In this document: positions 19,028 through 27,827 of the stretch, in pieces | Layout of the letters: each line of letters starts with the position of its first letter | Numbering within the stretch: the stretch's first letter is position 1 | DNA from: an uncultured archaeon | Lineage (GTDB): Archaea > Asgardarchaeota > Thorarchaeia > Thorarchaeales > CAZPUN01 | Direction: 5' to 3' | Assembly: GCA_964589775.1 (NCBI GenBank) | Contig: CAZPUN010000055.1 | Location: 1-32,000, forward strand | DNA length: 32,000 nt | Translations under genes and position numbers: made by a program | Notes under the pieces: generated by a model | Told to the model about the DNA's origin: nothing | What the model saw: only the letters and a program-made list of their open reading frames with translations | Databases searched by the model: none

Positions 19028-19714
19028 TTAGAAAATAATTGGACCGCCAAATACCGGAATAATAAACAAAATTCCAATTATAATTATGATGATTCCAACA
19101 ACTGCTTCGATTTTATCAGCATGCATAGCCATAGTAGAAGCAAGCCGCATTCGTGCTTCCTGTGTAGCAAGTGCAAATATCAGATATGGAATCATGACAC
19201 CAATTGAGAACGAAATTAAATAGAATACAATGAGAAATAGGTTCGGTGCCGAAACGATCAATAGAAGATTCCCTATGAATACCGGTCCAGAACATGGAGC
19301 AGCTATGAATGCATATCCAAGCCCAATTATGAATACATCGAGCATGCGTTCTTTGCCTTCTTCAGGCTTGTAATTAAAAATGACCGGAATTCTCGCAGTG
19401 AGCATTTTCAGCTGGGGTACAATTAAGAATAATCCAATAATTACCAAAACAACACCAAGAGCTGCCTGAATATATCCAAGATTCTGAATGATAAATAGAG
19501 CTATGAAACTTGCAAGTAAAGTGAATAGAGTAAAAGCTGTGATAATTCCAAAAACCAAAAGTAAAGTAATTTGAACTACTTGACTGCGGTCAATATCCGC
19601 ATTAAATAGACGAATCAGATATAGCGGAAGAATAGGAAATAGACATGGAGAAATCGCAATATAAATTCCAGAAAAGAAAAATGTAAAAATATAGGTGAAG
19701 AAGGTCGCATCCAT
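19028..19714 (-). CDS. ccdA: CcdA/DsbD-beta transmembrane electron transporter
   Basis: About 6 TM with the two conserved PC motifs (ISPCLFPILPLY; APCSGP). Confidence 0.88.
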   Translation of the reverse strand: MDATFFTYIFTFFFSGIYIAISPCLFPILPLYLIRLFNADIDRSQVVQITLLLVFGIITAFTLFTLLASFIALFIIQNLGYIQAALGVVLVIIGLFLIVPQLKMLTARIPVIFNYKPEEGKERMLDVFIIGLGYAFIAAPCSGPVFIGNLLLIVSAPNLFLIVFYLISFSIGVMIPYLIFALATQEARMRLASTMAMHADKIEAVVGIIIIIIGILFIIPVFGGPIIF

Positions 19715-19729
19715 TATTTTACAGCTCCT

Positions 19730-20323
19730 TTATAATAAGGCTTCTATTTGAATAGCTAACTCGTCTTCGGTCATATAGCCTACATGGCGTGTTGATAATA
19801 GGCCATCTTTTGTTACAAAAGCTAATGTTGGAGTTGCACTAACAGCAAAATAATTCGCAACGCCATCGGTATCCATTGCGAAGATCCAATTATCTAAAGT
19901 TGCATTATGATCATTTCTATAAGCTGCGAGTTGTTGAGAAGTTTGTGATTGCTGCACATCAATAGTTAGAATAACAATCTTATCACCATATCGCTCAGCT
20001 ATACTATGGAGAGCGTCCATTTCAGCCTCACATGCAGGACAGCCTACATACATTAATTCATAAACTACGACTTTACCATGAAAATCATCAGTATCAAAAG
20101 TATTTCCATCAACATCAGTTAAATGAAAATTCGGAACTTGATTTGGATTAACGGTTGAACTGCTTGTAGGACCAGGCGACAATGAACCGAAATAATTTCC
20201 ACTAACACTTAATACACCAATTGCAACTACGATGAATAATATGCCGAATAACCATGCGTTACGACCAATTTTGGTCTTCAAACTTGCCTTCTCTCGCTTT
20301 CTCTTTACTTTAACTCTGCTCAT
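19730..20323 (-). CDS. Membrane-anchored TlpA/ResA-like thioredoxin
   Basis: N-terminal TM; PNFHLTDVDG...GKVVV...CPAC..E...ATPT; adjacent to ccdA. Confidence 0.88.
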   Translation of the reverse strand: MSRVKVKRKREKASLKTKIGRNAWLFGILFIVVAIGVLSVSGNYFGSLSPGPTSSSTVNPNQVPNFHLTDVDGNTFDTDDFHGKVVVYELMYVGCPACEAEMDALHSIAERYGDKIVILTIDVQQSQTSQQLAAYRNDHNATLDNWIFAMDTDGVANYFAVSATPTLAFVTKDGLLSTRHVGYMTEDELAIQIEALL

Positions 20324-20475
20324 TTGGCATCCTCGTTTTTTATTTTATTATTATATTTCAGATATACGAGTGTATTATTTTAGTTTTCATCATACAATTT
20401 AAGTATGTCGATTTTTGCGATTGAAAAAAAGGTAAAAAGAAAATGAATGAATATATTAAAAAAGAAAAGAAATTT

Positions 20476-20922
20476 TTATGTTTTCTTATATTTTCCCATA
20501 AGTTGTGCTTGTTCGAGAATATGACCCTTCATGGCTTTCTCAACGGCTTTCTTGTTCGATTTTTCAGAAAGATCTAATGTAGTATCTAACGCATATAGTT
20601 TGAAGAAATATCGATGGGTTCCACTCGGTGGGCATGGACCCCCATAATTATTTCGACCCCAACTATTTTTGCCTTGTACGGCACCTGCAGGAACTGAATT
20701 CTCTTCAATTGTTTTAGTATCAGGAGATATATTCCAAACGATCCAGTGATCCCAAGTGCCCATTGGTGCATCAGGGTCATCCATGATAAGAACCAAAGAT
20801 TTTGTACCGTCTGGAACACCAGAAATATCCAGTTGAGGATTGATGTCTACCCCTTGACATGTAAATTTTTTCGGAATCATTTCCCCGTCCTTGAAAGCAG
20901 GACTTGAAATGCGTAATGTCAT
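20476..20922 (-). CDS. YbhB/YbcL PEBP (Raf kinase inhibitor-like) protein
   Basis: DDPDAP..TWDHW, YGGPCPPSGTHRYFFKLYALD. Confidence 0.93.
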   Translation of the reverse strand: MTLRISSPAFKDGEMIPKKFTCQGVDINPQLDISGVPDGTKSLVLIMDDPDAPMGTWDHWIVWNISPDTKTIEENSVPAGAVQGKNSWGRNNYGGPCPPSGTHRYFFKLYALDTTLDLSEKSNKKAVEKAMKGHILEQAQLMGKYKKT

Positions 20923-21122
20923 TTTTCTCCAACCCCAAATTTTTAATTATCAAAACGAATATATAAAGAATTTTAATTTAACAAATAGGTCCGATAAAAA
21001 TAATTTATTGAAAAACTTTTATTAAAGAATTGATTTCAAAGTTAAATAGAATTTATGAATTGGAACGAAATGCATAATTTAAAATTCGTAAAAATAAAAT
21101 GAAAATATCAAATAAAAAAGAG

Positions 21123-22715
21123 ATGGGCACATTGGAAGAAGAAATAGTAAAGTCGGACTTTCTGGTCATTGGAAGTGGAATTTCAGGGCTTCTATTCGCT
21201 ATCAAGGCAGCTAAGCATGGCACAGTAAACCTCATAACGAAAAGATCTCTTTCAGACGCCGCAACTTATTATGCTCAGGGCGGTATAGCGGCCGTTACGT
21301 CACCCTACGATTCTTTTGAAGACCATATTCGTGATACTCTAAAAGCAGGTGATGGACTCTGTCATCGTGATGTTGTTGAACACATGGTACGAGCAGGACC
21401 GGAGCGAATCAAAGAACTTATCGAACTCGGGGTAAAGTTTACGAAAGAAAACGGAAAATATGATCTTGGGCTCGAAGGGGGCCATAGTAAAAGACGCGTT
21501 TTGCATGCGAAAGACTTTACGGGTAAAGAGATCGAGCTTGCATTAATTAAAGGCGTAAAACAATGTGAAAATATCAATATCTTTGAAAACCATATGTCCA
21601 TCAATCTGTATGCTTCAAATAATAAAGTTCGTGGAGCATATATATTAGACACAACTACAGGAACCATCAAGAGATTTATTGCACGTGTGGTAGTATTAGC
21701 TACTGGCGGGGCAGGTAAGGTATTCCTATACACAAGTAATCCGGATATCTCTACTGGCGACGGAATAGCAATGGCATATCGTATTGGAGCCACAATTATG
21801 AATATGGAGTTCATACAATTTCATCCGACAATACTATACCATCCAAAAGTGAAATCGTTCTTAATATCGGAAGCGCTAAGGGGAGAAGGCGCGATACTTG
21901 TTGATGCAAAAGGCGAACGTTTCATGCCGAAATATCATCCGGACGCTGAACTCGCTCCCAGAGATGTAGTCGCCAGAGCCATTGATCACGAGTTAAAGAG
22001 GACTGGAGCTGATCATGTCTATCTGGATATTTCCTTTAAAGATGCAGATTACATTAAGAAAAGATTTCCAATGATCTATGAGACTTGCTTAAAAGTCGGA
22101 ATCGACATAACACAGGAACCCATTCCAGTTGTGCCCGCTGCACACTATCTTTGCGGCGGAGTGAAAACCGATATTTATGGTAGAACAGATGTTGAGAACT
22201 TGTTTGCAATCGGGGAAACGGCGGCTACTGGATTTCATGGTGCAAATCGTATGGCATCTAACTCTTTGCTCGAGGGAGCCGTTCTTGCACATAATGCCGC
22301 TATTGCAGCAGCCAAGATCGTGGAGAAGCATGAACCATTAGTAGAAATTCCGCCATGGGATCCGGGAAACGCTGTGGATAGTGATGAACTCGTCATCGTT
22401 ACACATAATTGGGACGAAATTCGACGGACTATGTGGAACTATGTAGGAATCGTGCGGTCGAACAAAAGGCTTCTAAGAGCACGCAACAGAATTACACTTC
22501 TTATGGACGAGATAAATCAGTATTATTGGGACTTTAAAATCACACCGGACCTTATCGAATTACGAAATATTGCACAAGTGGCATATCTTATCGTAAAATC
22601 GGCAATGATGCGAAGGGAGAGTAGAGGTACTCATTATAATATAGATTATCCAAATAAATCCCATGAGAAAGTTGATACGATCATAAAGAAGGGATATCTT
22701 CCCGTTCCGGAATGA
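21123..22715 (+). CDS. nadB: L-aspartate oxidase
   Basis: IGSGISG FAD motif, YAQGGIAA, EGGHSKRRVLH, QFHPT, LISEALRGEG, ELAPRDVVARAI, PAAHY.CGG, HGANRMASNSLLE, ESRGTHY. Start uncertain (21099, 21123 or 21132). Confidence 0.93.
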   Translation: MGTLEEEIVKSDFLVIGSGISGLLFAIKAAKHGTVNLITKRSLSDAATYYAQGGIAAVTSPYDSFEDHIRDTLKAGDGLCHRDVVEHMVRAGPERIKELIELGVKFTKENGKYDLGLEGGHSKRRVLHAKDFTGKEIELALIKGVKQCENINIFENHMSINLYASNNKVRGAYILDTTTGTIKRFIARVVVLATGGAGKVFLYTSNPDISTGDGIAMAYRIGATIMNMEFIQFHPTILYHPKVKSFLISEALRGEGAILVDAKGERFMPKYHPDAELAPRDVVARAIDHELKRTGADHVYLDISFKDADYIKKRFPMIYETCLKVGIDITQEPIPVVPAAHYLCGGVKTDIYGRTDVENLFAIGETAATGFHGANRMASNSLLEGAVLAHNAAIAAAKIVEKHEPLVEIPPWDPGNAVDSDELVIVTHNWDEIRRTMWNYVGIVRSNKRLLRARNRITLLMDEINQYYWDFKITPDLIELRNIAQVAYLIVKSAMMRRESRGTHYNIDYPNKSHEKVDTIIKKGYLPVPE

Positions 22716-22920
22716 CCTGTGCTTTTCTTCCTTTTCTTCATGATCTTAAAATACCATATTATACAGCGAAATAATAAAATTTTGTAAAATACGTTTATTT
22801 TAGATATATTTGAAAATACCAATTATAATAAAAAGGTTCTACAAAAAAACAAATCTATCATAAATCTTTTATTTGAAAAAGACTATCAGAATGCAAATTA
22901 AATAAAGGGGGCTTGTCCTT

Positions 22921-24465
22921 ATGAAAGGCTTCAAAGACCTATACAAAGAAGTAATAAAAGGTGGACTTTTCTCAGAAGGACATTGCTCGGTCTGTGGTGC
23001 ATGTATTACAGTGTGCCCGTTGAATTTGTTATCATTCAGGAAGGAATCATTCTTTACACCCGGAGAAGAAAACCACATAGATAAAAAAGAAGTTAAAGAG
23101 GTATTCGCAAAATGCATCGATTGTGGTTTATGTTATGCAGCATGTCCTGAATTGAATTTCAATCTGAGACAAGCCGAAGAGCACAAATTCGGGTCTTTTG
23201 AATATACTGAGTTTGGTTATACTTTGAAAACGTTAGCCGCCCGGTCCACTGACCGAAGGCTATCCGAAAATGGTCAATCTGGAGGTGTGATTACTACACT
23301 CCTAAAATACGTACTTGAAAACGATATCGTAGATGGCGTAATAACAACTGTGGAAGATGAAAATAACCCATGGAAACCAATTCCTGTATTAATTACAAAA
23401 GATGAAATTGACATATTATATAAAACCCAAAAGTCGAAATATTTTCCATCCGCTACACTAACTGCACTACAAGATGCAAAGAAAAGGAAGATCAATAAGG
23501 TTGCAATTGTTGTATTACCTTGCCAACAACATGCGATTTCCAAAATGGCGATTAATAAAACATTCAAAAATTGGATAGATCGCATTAGTTTTTCAATAGG
23601 CGTATTTTGTCTGGGAACTTATTGGACTGGCGAATTTTACGACTGGCTGAAAAAGAAGCATAAACTTGAACCACAGCAAATAAAGAAGATGTATTATGAC
23701 TTTGAGAACTTTATTATCATTACTGAAGATAATAAAAAGATTATCGAAAAACGTGATGACATGTATTCTCTAACCAGAGGAAGTTGTAGAATCTGTGAAG
23801 ACTTTACGAATGTGCTCGCAGACATTGCTGTAGGTGAAATTGCTACACCAGAAGGCTGGTCCACCGTAATTGTACGATCCAATAAAGGGAAGGAAATCAT
23901 AGAAGGAGCCATTCATAAGGACTACCTTTATACAAAACCATTAAGTCAGGAAGAACTCCGAATCGCCTCAGAAGTTGCAAAACTCAAATACGAATATCAC
24001 GTATCCAAAAAGTTGTTCAAACTCGATTACGAAACATTCAAACGAAAATACTTGTTGATCGAACTTCCCACGGCAGAATCTGAAGGAATGCTTATGTTAA
24101 ACATAATAGCAAAAAACGGCATTGATTTATATTCTGCTCGATTTGAAGAAATTAATAATATAGATGATACTCTTATCGCAGGAGCACTATCTGCAATTCT
24201 TCAGTTCTCTAAAACAGTATTCAGTCGAAATGTCAATAACATAGACTTAGGAGATATGAATGTAATCGTTCGGAGTAGTGAGAATTTTACAATTGTTGCG
24301 GCAGTACGAAAAGGCTCAAAAGTCGAAAAGGACCAGAAAATATTCGATGAAATTTTGAAAGAACTTGAAAGTTCAGGAATTTCAAAACAAGTAGAAAATC
24401 TGATAGATACGTCCAAGATAGAAAATGAAATAGATAAAATCGTTCGGAAATTCTTCATAATATAG
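22921..24465 (+). CDS. FrhB/FpoF-family (F420 hydrogenase/dehydrogenase beta-like) Fe-S protein fused to a C-terminal longin/roadblock-like domain
   Basis: Two CxxCxxCxxxCP motifs; QSGGVITTLL, LPCQ, IGVFC, CRICEDF..LADIAVG..GWSTVIVRS; an extra ~125-aa C-terminal domain from about 24088. Confidence 0.85.
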   Translation: MKGFKDLYKEVIKGGLFSEGHCSVCGACITVCPLNLLSFRKESFFTPGEENHIDKKEVKEVFAKCIDCGLCYAACPELNFNLRQAEEHKFGSFEYTEFGYTLKTLAARSTDRRLSENGQSGGVITTLLKYVLENDIVDGVITTVEDENNPWKPIPVLITKDEIDILYKTQKSKYFPSATLTALQDAKKRKINKVAIVVLPCQQHAISKMAINKTFKNWIDRISFSIGVFCLGTYWTGEFYDWLKKKHKLEPQQIKKMYYDFENFIIITEDNKKIIEKRDDMYSLTRGSCRICEDFTNVLADIAVGEIATPEGWSTVIVRSNKGKEIIEGAIHKDYLYTKPLSQEELRIASEVAKLKYEYHVSKKLFKLDYETFKRKYLLIELPTAESEGMLMLNIIAKNGIDLYSARFEEINNIDDTLIAGALSAILQFSKTVFSRNVNNIDLGDMNVIVRSSENFTIVAAVRKGSKVEKDQKIFDEILKELESSGISKQVENLIDTSKIENEIDKIVRKFFII

Positions 24466-24471
24466 GAAAGA

Positions 24472-24876
24472 TCAAAGGAACATAATCTTAAGATTCGGAA
24501 AGTCAATTTCGAGGTCTTTGAAAGTCTCACGTACGATCCCACTGAATATGACAATTGCATCCAAGATTTGCGCTAGATAGATTGCGGATGCAGGAACAAA
24601 GCTTAGATTGCCTTTATAGGCAGTCTTTGCTATATTTATCATATCGACCTTCTTTATTATGAAATATTTTGATTCTATCAGAGCAGATAAACATTTAGTT
24701 GCCTCTAGCTCGCCCATACGGTCTGCCAAAACATTATAGAGAGCTGCAACAATAAGCTCAGATGTGAATATACGATTCTCAGGTGCTTTTAAGATTTTAA
24801 GCGCTGCCAAGCCACGTTCGGTTCCGTGAGCAATTTCCAAAAGTACGCTTAAATCGAAGATATACCTATTTTGCAT
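24472..24876 (-). CDS. PIN-domain (VapC-like) protein with degenerate active site
   Basis: YIFDLSVLL start, TSELIVAAL and LSFVPASAIYLA segments align with the PIN fold; size and position behind a small RHH-like gene fit. Confidence 0.65.
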   Translation of the reverse strand: MQNRYIFDLSVLLEIAHGTERGLAALKILKAPENRIFTSELIVAALYNVLADRMGELEATKCLSALIESKYFIIKKVDMINIAKTAYKGNLSFVPASAIYLAQILDAIVIFSGIVRETFKDLEIDFPNLKIMFL

Positions 24877-24887
24877 TGAAATACACC

Positions 24888-25103
24888 TCAGCTATATCCT
24901 TCAATAAGTCTTAGTGAGCCTTCTACAGTTCCTTTAAATTGCAAACATCCAACAAATTCGTTGATTTTTTCTGAACTTTTCGCGTGCTGCAAAAGATATT
25001 GCAAAACATCATCAAAAGTTATAGTTTCATCACGTTCCATTTGCATCTTAAGCAAGATCTCTCTTAGCTCCTCGAATGTCTTTTCAGACACATTTATTTT
25101 CAT
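24888..25103 (-). CDS. VapB-like RHH antitoxin/DNA-binding protein
   Basis: MKINVSEKTFEEL...TITFDDVLQYLL pattern; GGAGG SD; 11 bp upstream of the PIN gene. Confidence 0.65.
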   Translation of the reverse strand: MKINVSEKTFEELREILLKMQMERDETITFDDVLQYLLQHAKSSEKINEFVGCLQFKGTVEGSLRLIEGYS

Positions 25104-25197
25104 TTGTGAGCCTCCAACTCAGCAGACACTATTTGATTATATAAATTCGATACTAATAATTTTATTGATTTTAAAAGCAAAATCGCTCTTTCTTAAT

Positions 25198-25935
25198 TCA
25201 TTTTAGTAATTGAAGCAAGTCGTTCTGCTGCTCTTTCGATAATTTTTTCATGCCGTCTTTTATGATCCAACGAGTGTGCCGATTATCATTCTGAGCCCAA
25301 TTCCGTAGGAACTCAAACACAGCCTCAGGATCCTTTTTCGAAACTTCTCTCAATGCCCATCCTGCCGCCTTCTTCACGTCTTTTTCAGAATCCTGCATCA
25401 CTTTCTCTATCAGGTCTAGGCATCGTTTCGAATCTTCTTTTGCAGTCCGAATATATGGTGGAACTGTGGCAATCGCCAATCTGCGAGTCCATACATGCTG
25501 AGATGTAACCCAATTATGCAATATTGAAAACATTTCGTCTGAATTTGCAACTACAAGATTAACAACCGTCCGTATAGCCATCTGGTCGCAAATTTCCCAG
25601 TCTCCAATAGAATCTACAATCTCAAGAACAAAATTCTTTGTATCTTCATAATTCTTCTTACTAATATAACCCAATGCACTAATAACAATCAATTGTTCTT
25701 CTCGCCTGCCGGAATTCCAGAGCTGCAAAAGGCGTTCATATTTCCAATCATCATGAACAATTAGTTTCCCTAACTCTTTTCCAATGGAATTCAATAAAGG
25801 CGTTTTGGTGATTTTGATTTTTTCGGTCTTTTCTGCCATAAGAGCGTCCGAGATAAAATTACGTGCATCTTCAATTCTATTCTCAAATAAGAATTTGTAA
25901 ATCTGTTTTGCTATCTCTTTAGTATCCAAATCCAT
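25198..25935 (-). CDS. AlkD-like HEAT-repeat DNA alkylation repair family protein
   Basis: REE, DWEICD, W..S.HVWTRR.A, VKKAAGWALRE.SK motifs. Confidence 0.8.
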   Translation of the reverse strand: MDLDTKEIAKQIYKFLFENRIEDARNFISDALMAEKTEKIKITKTPLLNSIGKELGKLIVHDDWKYERLLQLWNSGRREEQLIVISALGYISKKNYEDTKNFVLEIVDSIGDWEICDQMAIRTVVNLVVANSDEMFSILHNWVTSQHVWTRRLAIATVPPYIRTAKEDSKRCLDLIEKVMQDSEKDVKKAAGWALREVSKKDPEAVFEFLRNWAQNDNRHTRWIIKDGMKKLSKEQQNDLLQLLK

Positions 25936-26000
25936 ATGTTATCCCCAAAACTATAAGAAAAGGAAAAATAATAAATGTTTTGAAAAAGAGGAAAAAAATA

Positions 26001-27638
26001 TTATGAGGGTACTTCGATCATGACATCTGGATTTAGAATCCAATTAGGATCAAATACTCGTTTCACTTCTGCGATCTGATGTATTTTATCACCATACATG
26101 ACTTTAAGAAATTCTTTCTTGAGCTTTCCAATTCCATGTTCTGCAGAGACTGTTCCACCCAGTTCTACGGCTTTCTTGATGAATTTCATATAAAGTTCCC
26201 AAGCTCTATCTTGTTCTTCTGGATTCTTCGGAATTATATTCACATGTAGATGATTACTTCCAATGTGTCCGAACATAACATACTCAAGACCCGAAGATTC
26301 AAGATTCTCGATATAATAATTAATGAAAGTTCGCAAATGCTCATTTGGAACAGCCATATCTGTACCTACTTTGTGAATCTCAGGATACTTTTGCTTTATT
26401 CTAGCAATCGTGTTGTTAATATGCTCCGGAACCAAATGGCGAACAGCTTTCATTTTCTTGAATTCGGATATGTCCATGGCAGCCCAACTCTGTTCCATAT
26501 CGATGCCATGCTTTTCAAGTGCTGTCATGAGAGCCATGTAAAAGTCATCCATTTCTTCTTCCTTGAACGGAAATTGTGTGTAAATTATGGCCTCTGTATC
26601 TTCAGGAATGTCCGGAATTTGCACAGAGGAAGTCCCTGATTTCTTCGCCTCTCGCAAAATATTTACCGCATGCTTGTCCATAAACTCAACAAGTGTAGGA
26701 TTGAGCCCTGAGGACTTATCACGTAAAGTATCTACAAGATCTAGAGCAGATTCCAGCTTCGGAACATATATCATCAAGGTCATAGTAGTTTCGGGTTTCT
26801 CTGTCACCCAAATCCGTACTTCTGTAATTACGCCAAGAATACCTTCAGAGCCTATGAACAAATCAACTAAATCCATATCTGGCTTTGCGTATAGTCCCGC
26901 AGAGTTTTTTGTTTCAGGCATCTTATAATCTGGAACCTTAACCTTAACTTCCTCACCATTCGAATATACAATCTTGAACAAACCATTTTCAGCCGTTATG
27001 TCCCCTCTATTGATATCTAACACTTCACCATTTGGAAGTACTACTCGCAATCCCTTAATCCATTCTCTCATCGCACCATATTTGAAACTCATTGCACCTG
27101 ATGCGTTAGTTGCAGTTGCACCACCCAATTGTGCGGTAGATTCTGTGGGGTCAGGTGGGAAAAAGTGCTTTTTGTCAGCCATATATTTTTCAATCACTTT
27201 GTCCATTTCAGGAGACTTGCCCTTTAATGAATCAATCTCTTTATTTTCAACAATACGATAAACATCTGCAAGAGGAATCCCTGCCTCAAATACAAAATAA
27301 TATCGCCCAGCGTCAGAATCAAAGCCAATACCCTTTAGCGCATTCATTTTTTCCATCGATATTAAATATGCATCCTCAGGAACTGCTCCGCCCGTCAGCC
27401 CAGTTCTTGCTCCTGAGATCTGCACAGGTATTTTCTGCTCATTCGCATGCGCAAGTATAGAGGCAACCTCACTTTCATTTGCAGGGAAGAATAACGCCTT
27501 CGCTTTTCCCTTCACTGATTTTGATTCATCGGATAAATAATCAATGTAAGACTCTAAAATCTCGTTTTCATCAGATACATGACGAATCTTATCAATATCC
27601 ACAAAATTCACTTTTTGAGTTTTTACAACATTGGACAT
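26001..27638 (-). CDS. FAD-linked oxidoreductase, GlcD/D-lactate dehydrogenase-like (VAO/PCMH family)
   Basis: SGARTGLTGGAVP, FPPDPT..A.LGG..ATNASG, GSEGILGVIT, FGHIG.NHLHVN, SAEHGIGK, DP..ILNP. Confidence 0.9.
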   Translation of the reverse strand: MSNVVKTQKVNFVDIDKIRHVSDENEILESYIDYLSDESKSVKGKAKALFFPANESEVASILAHANEQKIPVQISGARTGLTGGAVPEDAYLISMEKMNALKGIGFDSDAGRYYFVFEAGIPLADVYRIVENKEIDSLKGKSPEMDKVIEKYMADKKHFFPPDPTESTAQLGGATATNASGAMSFKYGAMREWIKGLRVVLPNGEVLDINRGDITAENGLFKIVYSNGEEVKVKVPDYKMPETKNSAGLYAKPDMDLVDLFIGSEGILGVITEVRIWVTEKPETTMTLMIYVPKLESALDLVDTLRDKSSGLNPTLVEFMDKHAVNILREAKKSGTSSVQIPDIPEDTEAIIYTQFPFKEEEMDDFYMALMTALEKHGIDMEQSWAAMDISEFKKMKAVRHLVPEHINNTIARIKQKYPEIHKVGTDMAVPNEHLRTFINYYIENLESSGLEYVMFGHIGSNHLHVNIIPKNPEEQDRAWELYMKFIKKAVELGGTVSAEHGIGKLKKEFLKVMYGDKIHQIAEVKRVFDPNWILNPDVMIEVPS

Positions 27639-27779
27639 CTATGCTCACCTGGACTATCTCTGACGCGTTTTGTAAGGAGTCATTTATTAATTATTCTATG
27701 AAATATCGTTTTGCCCTTTGCTGAGTTCCTTAAATTATTTAATATTTTTTAGATTTTTCTTACAATTTTTAGTTAATAC

Positions 27780-27823
27780 AGGAAACTATTTAAACTATTG
27801 TTAATATACCTCAATAGAGGAAT
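27780..27823 (+). promoter_or_regulatory. Putative copA promoter (BRE/TATA) followed by a palindromic operator
   Basis: GGAAAC-TATTTAAA at about 27781-27794, then ATACCTC-AATA-GAGGAAT (27806-27823), which overlaps the GAGG SD. Confidence 0.5.
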
Positions 27824-27827
27824 GCGA

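Noticed and set aside
21123-22715. SdhA/FrdA identity for the flavoprotein, partnered with the downstream Fe-S gene
   Set aside because: It lacks the covalent-FAD histidine motif (it reads ATYYAQGG) and has the NadB-specific EGGHSKRRVLH motif.
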